Of a stretch of DNA of 56,268 bases, positions 29,741 to 39,858 are shown piece after piece. The first letter of the stretch is position 1; every line of letters starts with the position of its first letter. The position numbers and the translations under genes are program-made. The DNA is taken from NCBI GenBank assembly GCA_029775855.1, contig JARVJZ010000005.1, positions 135,817-192,084 of the forward strand. The letters are read 5' to 3'. This DNA comes from Nitrososphaeria archaeon. GTDB lineage: Archaea > Thermoproteota > Nitrososphaeria > Nitrososphaerales > JAAOZN01. The notes beneath the pieces were generated by a model. The model was not told the DNA's origin. It searched no databases and worked only from the letters and a program-made list of their open reading frames with translations.

Positions 29741-30607
29741 ATGATTCCTAGAAGTTTTGAATATCTACGCCCATCAACGCTACAAGAAGCGGTTCAACTT
29801 CTTGACAAATACGAAGAATCAAAGATACTGGCAGGCGGACAAAGCCTCATCGCATTAATGAAACTAAGATTAGCATCACCAAAATACATCATAGACATAA
29901 CAAGGATACCTGGACTATCATATGTAAAGGAGGAGGGCAACAAGATTCTGATAGGTCCATTAACAACCCACGACACAGTAGAAAACTCACCCATAATACG
30001 CAATAAGTGTCCCATCCTCTCTGAGGCAGCTAGTAGAATAGGTGACCAGCAGATAAGAAACAGGGGAACAATCGCAGGCACACTATGCCACGCCGACCCC
30101 TCAGCAGATGTGCCGACAACCTTCTTAGCACTCGACGGCGAAGTTGTAGCAATGGGTAAAGATGGTGAGAGGGTGATAAAGGCGAAGGACTTCTTCCAAG
30201 ACTTCTTTACAACAGCCCTCAACCCAAATGAAGTAGTTAAAGAGGTGAGAGTTCCAGTGCTTCCACCTAAGACAGGAACAGCATACATAAAGCACGCTAG
30301 GAGGGAAGGAGACTTCGCTATAGTAGCAGTAGCTGCAATAATAACTCTGGATGAAAATAATGTTTGTAAGTCTGCTTCGATATCATTAGGTTCAGTAGGA
30401 CCAACGCCGCTTAGAGCAGTAGAAGTTGAGAATGCGTTGGTAGGTAAGAAGCTCACCGATGAAGTAATAGTTGCTGCATCTGAACTGGCTGATAGAGGCA
30501 TAAGCCCGCCTTCAGACATACATGGAAGCGCTGAATACCGCGCTGAAATGGCTAAAGTCTTCACTAAGAGGGCTATAAGGCTGGCTCTGAGTAGAATAGG
30601 AGGTTGA
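29741..30607 (+). CDS. xanthine dehydrogenase family FAD subunit (CoxM/CutM-like)
   Basis: [16 protein letters not shown]...[13 protein letters not shown]. Confidence 0.92.
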   Translation: MIPRSFEYLRPSTLQEAVQLLDKYEESKILAGGQSLIALMKLRLASPKYIIDITRIPGLSYVKEEGNKILIGPLTTHDTVENSPIIRNKCPILSEAASRIGDQQIRNRGTIAGTLCHADPSADVPTTFLALDGEVVAMGKDGERVIKAKDFFQDFFTTALNPNEVVKEVRVPVLPPKTGTAYIKHARREGDFAIVAVAAIITLDENNVCKSASISLGSVGPTPLRAVEVENALVGKKLTDEVIVAASELADRGISPPSDIHGSAEYRAEMAKVFTKRAIRLALSRIGG

Positions 30608-30611
30608 GAAG

Positions 30612-31088
30612 ATGGCTGAAAAGAGAAGGATTAAGCTAACAGTAAATGGTGTAGAGATGGAGGGCGAAGCCGAACCAAGAACCCTACTTGTTCACTTCAT
30701 CAGGGACACACTTGGTCTAACAGGCACCCACATAGGATGCGACACAGGACACTGCGGATGCTGCACCATAATAATGAATGGGGTATCTGTCAAATCATGT
30801 ATGGTGTTAGCGTATCAAGCCGAAGGCGCAGACATACTGACTATAGAGGGGCTCGCTAAGGATGGGAAGCTGCATCCAATCCAAGAAGCTTTTTGGGAGA
30901 ATCATGGTCTACAATGCGGCTACTGCACACCAGGTCAAATAATGTCAGCATACTTCCTGTTGAGTAGAAACCCGAAGCCAACAGAGGAAGAGATTAGGAG
31001 AGGTTTAGAAGGAAACTACTGTAGATGCACAGGCTATGTTAACATAATCAAGTCAGTTAAAGCCGCGGCAGAAAAGATGTCCAAGTGA
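30612..31088 (+). CDS. xanthine dehydrogenase family 2Fe-2S subunit (CoxS/CutS-like)
   Basis: [24 protein letters not shown]. Confidence 0.93.
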   Translation: MAEKRRIKLTVNGVEMEGEAEPRTLLVHFIRDTLGLTGTHIGCDTGHCGCCTIIMNGVSVKSCMVLAYQAEGADILTIEGLAKDGKLHPIQEAFWENHGLQCGYCTPGQIMSAYFLLSRNPKPTEEEIRRGLEGNYCRCTGYVNIIKSVKAAAEKMSK

Positions 31089-31097
31089 AGGCGGTAT

Positions 31098-33530
31098 GTG
31101 ATGACTGAGGCGCTATTATCAAAAGAGATACCAGTGCCGCGTAAATGGGTAGGCACACCTATCAAGGCAAAAGAGTTCCCAAGACTTATAACAGGTCAAG
31201 GCAGATATGTAGATGACATCAAGATACCCAATATGCTCTACGCTGCGCTACTACGCAGCCCATATGCACACGCCAAAATTAAGCGCATAGACACATCCAA
31301 AGCTGAAAAACTCCCTGGAGTCGTAGCAATAGTCACTCAAGAAGATGTCTTAAAATACTGCAAACCCTACCCACAAATAGTACCTCCGCCAGCAGATAAG
31401 CTGCTTGACTACTGTATAGCTGTGGATAAAGTTAGGTTTGCTGGTGAGCCTGTTGCTGCAGTAGCGGCGACAGAGCGGGCAATCGCTGAGGATGCTTGCG
31501 AGCTTATAGAAGTTGAATACGAGCCTCTTCCACCGGTTATGGATGCTGAAGAAGCGCTTAAGCCAGATGCTCCTCTAGTACACGAAGAAGTGGGGACAAA
31601 TCTTGTGTGGCACGAAGTCTTTGATTATGGTGATGTAGACAAGGCTTTCGCTGAAGCTGATAAAGTCATTAGCTTGAAGCTTCACCACCACCGCTACGGT
31701 GGTGCACCTACTGAGACACACGCTGTTGTTGCTGATTACGATAAAGGCACAGGTGTGCTCACAATCTACTGCAACAATCAGATGCCGATGTTCTGCATGG
31801 CTCTAATAGGATTATCATTCAACATGCCAACAGACAAGATTCGCATCATAACCCCAGATATAGGTGGAGGCTTCGGCTCAAAGATACTCTCATACACCTA
31901 CATGATGCTGATCAGCATACTAGCCATGAAAGCTGGTAGGCCAGTAAAGTGGATGGAAGACCGAAGGGAGAACCTAGCATCAGGCACACACTGCAACGAG
32001 GCAACCTTCTATGTAGAAGCAGCTGTAAAGAAGGATGGCACGATACTAGGCATAAAGGCTAAGACCCTACACGATGTTGGAGCCTACCTAAGGTATGAGC
32101 CAGTAGGCGCACTCCTATGGATTCAAGTTTCAAGCGGACCATATAGGTTTAAGAACCTGAGAATGGATGTCAACGCCATAGTTACCAACAAAGGGCCTGT
32201 GGCTCCGATTAGAGGATACGGTAGAATTCAGCACCTCTGGATGCTGGAGAGGACGGTTGAGCAAGTAGCTAGGCAACTCGGCTTAGATCCGATTGAAGTG
32301 AAGCTTAAGAACTATGTCAGACCAGAAGAGATGCCTTATGTCTCCCCAAGCGGCGCAACATACGATTCAGGAGACTATCCAACTGCGCTAAAGAAGGCGC
32401 TGCAGATGATCAACTACGACGAATGGAGGAGGAAGCAGCCTGAGCTTTGGAGGCAAGGTAGGTTTGTAGGCATAGGCGCAGCGCTGTTCCAAGACTCTGG
32501 AACCAACAACTTCGCTCAGGTTAGGTTGATCTACAAGAACAACCCCTTCTCAGGGAACAGCAGGATGGCTGAGATGTGGATGGATGAGTTCGGAAGGATA
32601 ATAGTTGCTGTTGGCTCGAACCCGCATGGGCAATGCCACGAAACCGTGGTAAGCCAAGTAGTTGCTGATGTCTTCGGTGTGACACCTGATGATGTGTTTG
32701 TGGTTCCTGGGTTTGACTCTTGGGTGCACGGTTGGACTGGGCATTCAGGCAGCTACGCCAGCCAATTCGCGGTCTCTGGGATAGGTGCTGTCTTGGGTGC
32801 CGCCAAGAGGCTTAGAGAGAAGATAGCAACTATAGCTGCGCATATGCTGAAGGCTAAGCCTGAAGACCTTGAGTTTAAGGAGGGTAAGGTATGTGTTAAG
32901 GGCACAGATAGATGTGTAGCGTTCTGGCAAGTTGCAAACCTAGCGTACAGAAACAACCTTGAGCTACCTGAAGGAGTAGAACCTGGTCTAAGGGTAATCT
33001 ACACGTGGAAGGCGCCGTTTAAGCTCCCAGACTTAGAGAAGAAGACGGTTAACGCCACATTAACCTATTCTTATCAAGCACACGCGTGTGTAGTTGAAGT
33101 AGATCCTGAGACTGGGAAGGTGAAGATACTGGATTACGCTGTTGTAGATGATTGCGGAGTCCCGATAAATCCACATATAGTTGAGGGGCAGGTGCACGGC
33201 TCAACTATGAACGGCATCGCAGCTGCACTCTTCGAAGAATATGTTTACAGCAAGGATACTGGTCAACTTCTAGCTTCAACATTTATGGACTACCTCTTCC
33301 CCACAGCCCTTGAGATACCCGATATCAAAGTTGACCATATGATTTCTCCATCGCCCTTTACAGAGCTTGGGACTAAGGGTGTAGGGGAAGGCTCGCTTGT
33401 GCCGTTGGGTTCGATAGCTGGCGCCATAGAGGATGCGTTGTCTCCTCTAGGGGTCGTCATAACCGACTCACATAATCCTCCTGAGAGGATCTATAGGATG
33501 ATAAAGGAGGCTCAAAAGAAGCGCAAATAA
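31098..33530 (+). CDS. xanthine dehydrogenase family molybdopterin subunit (CoxL-like, not form I CODH)
   Basis: RSPYAHA, GGGFGSK, PIRGYGR active-site loop, EGQVHG, KGVGEG. Confidence 0.9.
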   Translation: MMTEALLSKEIPVPRKWVGTPIKAKEFPRLITGQGRYVDDIKIPNMLYAALLRSPYAHAKIKRIDTSKAEKLPGVVAIVTQEDVLKYCKPYPQIVPPPADKLLDYCIAVDKVRFAGEPVAAVAATERAIAEDACELIEVEYEPLPPVMDAEEALKPDAPLVHEEVGTNLVWHEVFDYGDVDKAFAEADKVISLKLHHHRYGGAPTETHAVVADYDKGTGVLTIYCNNQMPMFCMALIGLSFNMPTDKIRIITPDIGGGFGSKILSYTYMMLISILAMKAGRPVKWMEDRRENLASGTHCNEATFYVEAAVKKDGTILGIKAKTLHDVGAYLRYEPVGALLWIQVSSGPYRFKNLRMDVNAIVTNKGPVAPIRGYGRIQHLWMLERTVEQVARQLGLDPIEVKLKNYVRPEEMPYVSPSGATYDSGDYPTALKKALQMINYDEWRRKQPELWRQGRFVGIGAALFQDSGTNNFAQVRLIYKNNPFSGNSRMAEMWMDEFGRIIVAVGSNPHGQCHETVVSQVVADVFGVTPDDVFVVPGFDSWVHGWTGHSGSYASQFAVSGIGAVLGAAKRLREKIATIAAHMLKAKPEDLEFKEGKVCVKGTDRCVAFWQVANLAYRNNLELPEGVEPGLRVIYTWKAPFKLPDLEKKTVNATLTYSYQAHACVVEVDPETGKVKILDYAVVDDCGVPINPHIVEGQVHGSTMNGIAAALFEEYVYSKDTGQLLASTFMDYLFPTALEIPDIKVDHMISPSPFTELGTKGVGEGSLVPLGSIAGAIEDALSPLGVVITDSHNPPERIYRMIKEAQKKRK

Positions 33531-33586
33531 GAGACCAAAAAGGTTAAAGGAGACTCGAGAAATAGAAGAGTAGGTGAACATGAGAT

Positions 33587-34027
33587 ATGCATTTTGAAGG
33601 AACATTCGATATAAAAGCTCCACGACAAAAAGTCTGGGATTTCATCAGCATACCTAACAATGTTGCAAAATGCCTACCAGACCTACAGAAGTTAGAAGTC
33701 CCAGCACCAGACCGCTTCAAGGCAACGGTTAAGGCTGGTGTAGGTTTCGTAAAAGGCACATTCAACTTCGAATTTACCATGCTCGACATGCAGCCACCTA
33801 CACACGCAAAACTATCAGGTCACGGCTCAGGGACAGGCAGCACAGTAGACTTAGAGACCGCAATTGATCTAAGCGACCTCCCAGATGGAGGAACAAGAAT
33901 GGCTTGGAAGGCGGATGCAAAAGTAGGTGGGCTGATAGCTAGTGTTGGTCAAAGGCTGCTCGAGGGAGCGGCTCAGAAGCTAGTTAGCAATCTATTCGCG
34001 TGTCTGAAGAAGCAGCTTGAAGGCTGA
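33587..34027 (+). CDS. coxG: CoxG/SRPBCC domain protein
   Basis: VWDF...P..VAKCLP, GG.IASVGQRLL. Confidence 0.85.
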   Translation: MHFEGTFDIKAPRQKVWDFISIPNNVAKCLPDLQKLEVPAPDRFKATVKAGVGFVKGTFNFEFTMLDMQPPTHAKLSGHGSGTGSTVDLETAIDLSDLPDGGTRMAWKADAKVGGLIASVGQRLLEGAAQKLVSNLFACLKKQLEG

Positions 34028-34059
34028 AGTGTTATGCTGGGTGTGGTTTAACCACACCT

Positions 34060-35346
34060 CTACCTTGTTTTTGTAAGCTGTTTTAACAGATCTATGGTTT
34101 CTGCGACTGATCTGACTTCTTCTCGCCCATCCTTCATATTTTTTAAGATTAGTCTGTTAGAAGCGAGCTCTTTAGGTCCTATTATTATCACATAGTCTGA
34201 GTTGCGTTTAGAAGCTGCTTCGAGCTGCTTCCTCAGAGAGCGCTCCATGAGCTCTACTTCTGCTGGTAAGCCTTCTCCTCTTAGAGTTGACGCTATGTGT
34301 TGAGCAAAACTTCGAACCTCTTTACCAACATATGTGATATAGATGAGTGGTTCTCTTTGTGTGGTCGAGGCTACTTCTTTCTTGAGCGCGAGTATTGTTC
34401 TATCCACACCTCCTGCTACGCCTGTTGCACCTAGGTCTGGTCTACCGAATATCGCTGGTAGGATGTCGTATCTCCCCCCTCCGGCTAATGCGCCGAGTGC
34501 TTGGTCGTTTGTGAAAGCTTCGAAGACGACGCCTGTATAATAGTCGAGCCCTCTGACTATTGATAGATCTATGACCGTATTTTTGACACCTCTGTGCTTT
34601 AGTAGGTCTACAAGGTCGATAAGAGTGGTTGTAGATGTTAGATGGTATTCTTTTAAGCGATTTAGAACCTCTTCGATATCGCCACTTATTTTGCCGAATT
34701 CGAGTAGTTGGTTAAGTATTGAAGGTTCAACCTTTGAAGAGTATTCTTCTAATATTTCCTGTGCTGTTTTCTTTCCGAGCTTGTCTAATGCGCGCATCAT
34801 CTCGGCGACTAAAGGCTCGTCTTTCACACCAATATTCTTCTCTAAATATTCTTCAACCAGCCTCCTATCCCCTATATGAATAGATATATCCTCTAAACCC
34901 AGCCTTCTGAATAGGCTGTAAGCAAAATCGATTACTTCAGCATCAGCATCTACGTTGGTAGGCCCGAAGATCTCAGCATCCCACTGATAAAACCAGCGGT
35001 ACCTACCATACTGAGGCTCATCATACCTCCAGAGCCCGGCGAAAGAGCCTATCTTAACAGGAAACTGTAGAGCGCGGTTAGAGACGACCCACCTTGTTAG
35101 CCCAACTGTCAAATCGAATCTTAACCCAACTTCTCTACCACTCTTATCTTTGAAAGCGTATATCTCATCTCTTATAGATGAGCCACTCTTGGCTTCAAGC
35201 GTTTCCAGCATCTCAAGTGGAGAAGGCTCCATAAGACTGAACCCAAAGAGCTTACACGTCTGGATGAAAGCATCTCTAATACGCTCCATCAGCTCGAAGT
35301 CTGCTGGCTCGATGTCTCTAAGTCCTCTGGGTAGGTTGAACTTCAA
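34060..35346 (-). CDS. hisS: histidyl-tRNA synthetase
   Basis: PRGLRD, LRFDLT, RYDEPQYGRYR.F.Q, RGLDYYTG, GGGRYD. Confidence 0.97.
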   Translation of the reverse strand: MKFNLPRGLRDIEPADFELMERIRDAFIQTCKLFGFSLMEPSPLEMLETLEAKSGSSIRDEIYAFKDKSGREVGLRFDLTVGLTRWVVSNRALQFPVKIGSFAGLWRYDEPQYGRYRWFYQWDAEIFGPTNVDADAEVIDFAYSLFRRLGLEDISIHIGDRRLVEEYLEKNIGVKDEPLVAEMMRALDKLGKKTAQEILEEYSSKVEPSILNQLLEFGKISGDIEEVLNRLKEYHLTSTTTLIDLVDLLKHRGVKNTVIDLSIVRGLDYYTGVVFEAFTNDQALGALAGGGRYDILPAIFGRPDLGATGVAGGVDRTILALKKEVASTTQREPLIYITYVGKEVRSFAQHIASTLRGEGLPAEVELMERSLRKQLEAASKRNSDYVIIIGPKELASNRLILKNMKDGREEVRSVAETIDLLKQLTKTR

Positions 35347-35379
35347 CTCTATGAGCCTTTACATCTTTCCTTTATTATA

Positions 35380-36366
35380 CTATTTCCCCTTCTTACCTTG
35401 CTGCGCCAAATCCTTACCTAGTTGAACCAACTCCGCCAGTAGGGCAGTAAGTTGTATTTCCGGGTTAGCACCCACGATAAGTCTGTAGTCATATTTGGCT
35501 ATCGACTCAGCTATCTTATCGAGGTTAGGGGGATTCAACCTACTTATCTCCTCAAATGCGTATTTTAAGAAGTCTTGTTCAGACATACCATAGACCCTTG
35601 TTAACTCGAGCATTTTCCCTCTGGCGGCGTTAAAGTCTCCATTTAACGCCTGCCTTACAATTTCAGAGACAAGGGCTTTGCTCGATATGCCAGCAACACG
35701 TTCAACGTTTTCTACGCTGATTTCACCTGTTGCCGCTGTAGTCTGTAGTATGTTTATGGCGTGCCTAAGGTCTCCTTCGCTTATCTTGTATATTAGCGCA
35801 AGCGCATCCTCTTGATACTTTTTTATACCTTCTGACTTGCAAATATATGCCAAGTGGTTAACCACATCCTTCTCCTCCAGCTTCTGGAATCTGAATATGG
35901 CGGTTCTGCTCTGTATAGGTTCTATTATGCCGGAGCTGTAGTTGCATATCAGTATGAATCGGCATATCCTTGAACTCTCCTCCATTATACGCCTTAACGC
36001 TGTCTGAGCATCATTAGTCATTTCATCAGCTTCATCAAGTATGATTATTCTAAATGGAATGTCAGCGGCGCCCACACTATAGCTGGCAAAGATCTTAATA
36101 CGCTCCCTAACTGTCTGAATCCCTCTTTCATCTGAAGCATTAAGCTCAAGCGTATAATCCCTCCAATAATCCTTCAACACAGCTCTTGCAACGCAAAGAG
36201 CAGCGGTAGTCTTACCAGTTCCAGGGGGGCCTGCGAAGAGTAGATGAGGCATTTCAGAAGGTGCTTTAATTAACTCCTTTAACCCTGATACGACGTGCCT
36301 CTGATTAACGATTTCATCAAGGTTAGCGGGTCTATACTTCTCAACCCACATTAGAGACTGCAACAC
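35380..36366 (-). CDS. rfcS: replication factor C small subunit
   Basis: WVEKYRP, GPPGTGKTT, LNASDERG, LDEAD, IQSR. Confidence 0.96.
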   Translation of the reverse strand: MLQSLMWVEKYRPANLDEIVNQRHVVSGLKELIKAPSEMPHLLFAGPPGTGKTTAALCVARAVLKDYWRDYTLELNASDERGIQTVRERIKIFASYSVGAADIPFRIIILDEADEMTNDAQTALRRIMEESSRICRFILICNYSSGIIEPIQSRTAIFRFQKLEEKDVVNHLAYICKSEGIKKYQEDALALIYKISEGDLRHAINILQTTAATGEISVENVERVAGISSKALVSEIVRQALNGDFNAARGKMLELTRVYGMSEQDFLKYAFEEISRLNPPNLDKIAESIAKYDYRLIVGANPEIQLTALLAELVQLGKDLAQQGKKGK

Positions 36367-36436
36367 ACGCTCAGAAAGCCTAGAAGGCTTTAGGATATAA
36401 AGTGTTACTAAAAAGAAAAGAAAGAGAGGGAAATGG

Positions 36437-36973
36437 TTATGGTTTACCTAATGTCTTTTTCCCTGGACGCCACTCAGCTGGGCAGAGTTCACCTGTCTTT
36501 AGAGCCTGTAGTGTTCTTAGGGTTTCGTCCACACTTCTCCCGATGTTCATATCGTTTACAACAACATGTCTTACTATGCCCTCTGGATCGATGATGAAGG
36601 TCGCTCTGAAGGCGCTGCCATCCTCTTCGTTCAGCACACCATACGCTCTGCTTATGGCTAGGGTGGTGTCAGCTATTATTGGGAAGTTGGCTTTCTTGAT
36701 TCTTTCGTCAGTTTCATACCAAGCCTTGTGCGAGAAGAAGCTGTCTGTGCTGGCTCCGAGCACTACTGCATTCTCCTTCTTGAATTCTGGTTCAAGGTCT
36801 GCGAAGCGCTCTATCTCCGTTGGGCAGACGAAGGTGAAGTCCCTAGGGTAGAAGAAGAGTATAACCCATTTCCCGCGGTAGTCAGAGAGTCGAATCTTCT
36901 TCGGTTTGTCCGAGTCTCTTTCATATACTTCGGCTATGAAGTCAGGTGCTACACTTCTCACTTTTAGACACAT
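36437..36973 (-). CDS. ahpC: typical 2-Cys peroxiredoxin (AhpC)
   Basis: FYPRDFTFVCPTE and LCPAEW. Confidence 0.93.
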   Translation of the reverse strand: MCLKVRSVAPDFIAEVYERDSDKPKKIRLSDYRGKWVILFFYPRDFTFVCPTEIERFADLEPEFKKENAVVLGASTDSFFSHKAWYETDERIKKANFPIIADTTLAISRAYGVLNEEDGSAFRATFIIDPEGIVRHVVVNDMNIGRSVDETLRTLQALKTGELCPAEWRPGKKTLGKP

Positions 36974-37090
36974 AGAAGGTCATGTTAAATTGCGGCATAC
37001 AAATATTTTAACGTTGGTGTAACGGAACCTTAATTCTTCCAACCACTCTACAATATTAAAGGTTACCGCAAATTTTCTAATATTAATTTA

Positions 37091-37155
37091 TGTTAATCGA
37101 TTTTAACAAAGTTTTATTAGCGTAAATGACGCTTATATTCGATAAATTTATAAGC
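37091..37155. promoter_or_regulatory. two inverted repeats and a TATA box upstream of the membrane protein/trpB2 operon
   Basis: TGTTAA-N6-TTAACA (37091-37108) and GCTTATA-N11-TATAAGC (37131-37155), the latter overlapping TTTATAAG (37147-37154). Confidence 0.45.
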
Positions 37156-38541
37156 AACCCAAATTTTACTATGGGACGACCTAATATGATGCCTCCGTTA
37201 AAAATATGGCAACCTTGGAGAGGCATCCTAACCCTTATCGTCGTCGTCGCTATGGGAATCATAACATTCTGGCTCACCTTCATAACACCAGGCCCAATGG
37301 GTCCCAGTGGCCCTATGAACTGGATAGGATATGTTTCGGAGTATAATATGGCCTTGGTTCTACACTTAGTCTTCCTTCTATTCTTCCTAGGAGGATGGAT
37401 AGGTCAGAGGTTCGGCTGGGGCTTAAGGAGCCTCGTCAACCTAGTTGTGCTACTAATCCTCATGCTCGTGACCTTCATAATCTTCAGGTTCACTGTTGGC
37501 CCAACCTTTCCTTGGATGCTCTTCTACGAGATCAATACGTTGAATGTCTTCCTAATTATGGCGCTGATGTTCAATAACTGGCCTCTGCATAAAGTTAGGC
37601 AGCCGTATCAAGGTATAGGGCTCTTAGTGATAGGGTTTGTGGTGAGCAGCATACTCTATGTGGTATTACACAACTATACACCATTCTACCAGCAAGCAGC
37701 AGGTCTGCCACCTGAAGTCGCTGCGGCGCTTGTGCCCGCTGGAACCGACATTGCGGCGCTGAACCCTAACGGGGTTATGGATGCGTTTGTTATGGCTACC
37801 CTTAACACCATGTTCATCCTCTTCGTCTGCATCTTCTACTTCCTCTTCGACCTATGGCCCTTTAGGCTTCTTAAGAAGCAGCCTTGGATAGGCATCTCAG
37901 CCACAGCAGCTGCTGTGATAATCAGCTTAGTCGTCTGGAATGTTGCGTTAATCGTTGTGCCTCAGATCCACCAGGTCGACATGTCTCTTATGAAGGCTGC
38001 TGGGTTCGCGCCTCCCGATGTTCCTGATGTCTTGCCGCTAGCTGCTCTTCCTCCAGCTGTTCAAGAGAATATCACGATGCTGCTTATGTTAGGTGGATTC
38101 GAAGGTAATCTGATCTGGGGTACTCTAGTCTGGGCTGCGATCTTCATGTGGTGGCCTACACTTCTATTCACTAGGGGTGGTAGGGCTCCGTTCAATAGGC
38201 AGCCTGTGAAGGGCTTCATTCTACTCGCCTTAACGATAATAACAGCATTCATAGCGTTTCAATTGCTGCATTGGTATGGATTGTATTTAGCTCCTCCTCA
38301 AGCTTGGATGGTCCCTAACCTCATACCACCACCTTACCTAATCTACCTATGGCTCGTAATTTCTTGGCTTCCAGGTCTTTCAGTCTACACCGTGTTATAT
38401 GCTGTTGCCTTAGAGTCTTGGCCTCAACCTCTGCTGCCTCCACCACCACCAGATGTGCACACCTACCTAATCGGTAAGCAACCCATTATCATGAGTTCGA
38501 AGGAGGAGTTGAAGAACAGATATGTTAGGATGGAGGGATAG
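37126..38541 (+). CDS. polytopic membrane protein with internal WP...QP..G repeats, probable transporter
   Basis: About 12 hydrophobic segments; repeated NWPLHKVRQPYQG, LWPFRLLKKQPWIG, WWP...RQPVKG, SWPQP. True start probably 37171 or 37186. Confidence 0.7.
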   Translation: MTLIFDKFISNPNFTMGRPNMMPPLKIWQPWRGILTLIVVVAMGIITFWLTFITPGPMGPSGPMNWIGYVSEYNMALVLHLVFLLFFLGGWIGQRFGWGLRSLVNLVVLLILMLVTFIIFRFTVGPTFPWMLFYEINTLNVFLIMALMFNNWPLHKVRQPYQGIGLLVIGFVVSSILYVVLHNYTPFYQQAAGLPPEVAAALVPAGTDIAALNPNGVMDAFVMATLNTMFILFVCIFYFLFDLWPFRLLKKQPWIGISATAAAVIISLVVWNVALIVVPQIHQVDMSLMKAAGFAPPDVPDVLPLAALPPAVQENITMLLMLGGFEGNLIWGTLVWAAIFMWWPTLLFTRGGRAPFNRQPVKGFILLALTIITAFIAFQLLHWYGLYLAPPQAWMVPNLIPPPYLIYLWLVISWLPGLSVYTVLYAVALESWPQPLLPPPPPDVHTYLIGKQPIIMSSKEELKNRYVRMEG

Positions 38542-38543
38542 AT

Positions 38544-39851
38544 ATGGTTGAAAAGAGGACTCATAAGATAATATTACCAACACAAGAGATGCCGAAGGCT
38601 TGGCTCAACCCAACACCCATCTTAGCGAAGATGAAGAAGGAGCCTCCTAAACCAAAGAACCCTGAGAAGGCTGATAGAGTTGCGGAGATGGAGAAGTATT
38701 GGGCTCCATCGCTTCTCGCAATCGAGAAGTCTGATGCCGCTGAAATACCTATCCCAACAGCAGTAATGAACTTACTTATATGGGCTGGGAGACCTACACC
38801 GCTACAAAGAGCCTACAGACTGGAGCAAGCACTCAACACGCCAGCAAAGATCTTCTACAAGAGGGAGGACATACAATATGCAACAACAGGCAAAACCAAC
38901 ATAGCTATACCCCAAGCATATTATGCTGCTAAAGATGGATTTAAGAGGCTTGTAGCAGGAGGAGGGGCGCAGTGGGGTACGGCTGCCTCGATAGCTGCAA
39001 GGTACCAAGACCTTCCGCTAGATGTCTATATGCCTAGGGAGAGCCTAGAGTCCAAGGAGCCTCACCGCGTAGTCATGAATGTTAACGCTGCTACTGTTCA
39101 CGGCTCGCCTTCACAAGACACAGAGGTTGGTAAGCAGATGGCTAAAGAAGATCCGAATGGCTCTATTGCGACAGCCTTCTCAGAAGCTGTTGAAGCCGCG
39201 TCTAAGAATGATGGTGCTGCGGCCATATTCGGAAACTTCTACAATACACCGATAGTCTTTCAATCTATAGCTGGGTTGGAGGCGGCTGCTCAGCTTAAGA
39301 TGGCTGGTGTGTATCCTGATGTTGTAATAGGTTCAATCGAAGGCTTCCTAGGCTTGGCACTACCGTTTATAGCAGATGTTGCAGATGGTAGGAAGACAGG
39401 GACAAAGTTTATCGTCGCTGGCTCTAAGTATGTGCCTTCGCTGACCGAGGGTAAGATTGAATTCGACTACCCAGATTACGCGGGGTTGATGCCGCTCTAC
39501 AGATTCCACACATTAGGCTGTAAGCGCACCATACCCTTGATACATGCTGGTGAGCTGAGATACCACGGCGTTTCACCAATATTGAGCACTCTTGTGGAAT
39601 CTGGTTTAGTTACTCCAAAGATGTATGGGCAGACCGAGCTCTATGAGAGCGGCACCATCTTCTGCAGGAACCAAGGCGTAATACCTTCACACGAAGCGCA
39701 GTATGCGATTAAAGCAGCTATAGATGAGGCTCTACAGGCAAAATCTGAGGGGAAAGAGAAGGTCATACTCTTCAACCTCTCAGGACACACCATGCTTGAG
39801 CATAAAGGGTACTTAGAGTACATAATTCAGAAGAAGTTAGAGTTGCCTTGA
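38544..39851 (+). CDS. degenerate TrpB2-like PLP-fold protein
   Basis: RPTPLQRAYRLE, QWG, IHAGELRYHG, FNLSGH are TrpB2-like, but the GSHK, ETGAG and GGGSN motifs are altered. Confidence 0.85.
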   Translation: MVEKRTHKIILPTQEMPKAWLNPTPILAKMKKEPPKPKNPEKADRVAEMEKYWAPSLLAIEKSDAAEIPIPTAVMNLLIWAGRPTPLQRAYRLEQALNTPAKIFYKREDIQYATTGKTNIAIPQAYYAAKDGFKRLVAGGGAQWGTAASIAARYQDLPLDVYMPRESLESKEPHRVVMNVNAATVHGSPSQDTEVGKQMAKEDPNGSIATAFSEAVEAASKNDGAAAIFGNFYNTPIVFQSIAGLEAAAQLKMAGVYPDVVIGSIEGFLGLALPFIADVADGRKTGTKFIVAGSKYVPSLTEGKIEFDYPDYAGLMPLYRFHTLGCKRTIPLIHAGELRYHGVSPILSTLVESGLVTPKMYGQTELYESGTIFCRNQGVIPSHEAQYAIKAAIDEALQAKSEGKEKVILFNLSGHTMLEHKGYLEYIIQKKLELP

Positions 39852-39858
39852 AAAGGAG

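Noticed and set aside
29794-30564. 256-aa antisense ORF, and similar shadow ORFs (e.g. 36402-36851, 45522-46016, 51226-51768)
   Set aside because: They lie almost entirely opposite well-supported genes and have no recognisable motifs.
31098-33530. Aerobic CO dehydrogenase (coxL) call
   Set aside because: Lacks the AYxCSFR Cu-binding motif.
38544-39851. Calling the first TrpB2 copy a pseudogene
   Set aside because: The frame is intact and full length, with tight operon spacing and retained structural motifs, so it is treated as a probable pseudoenzyme.
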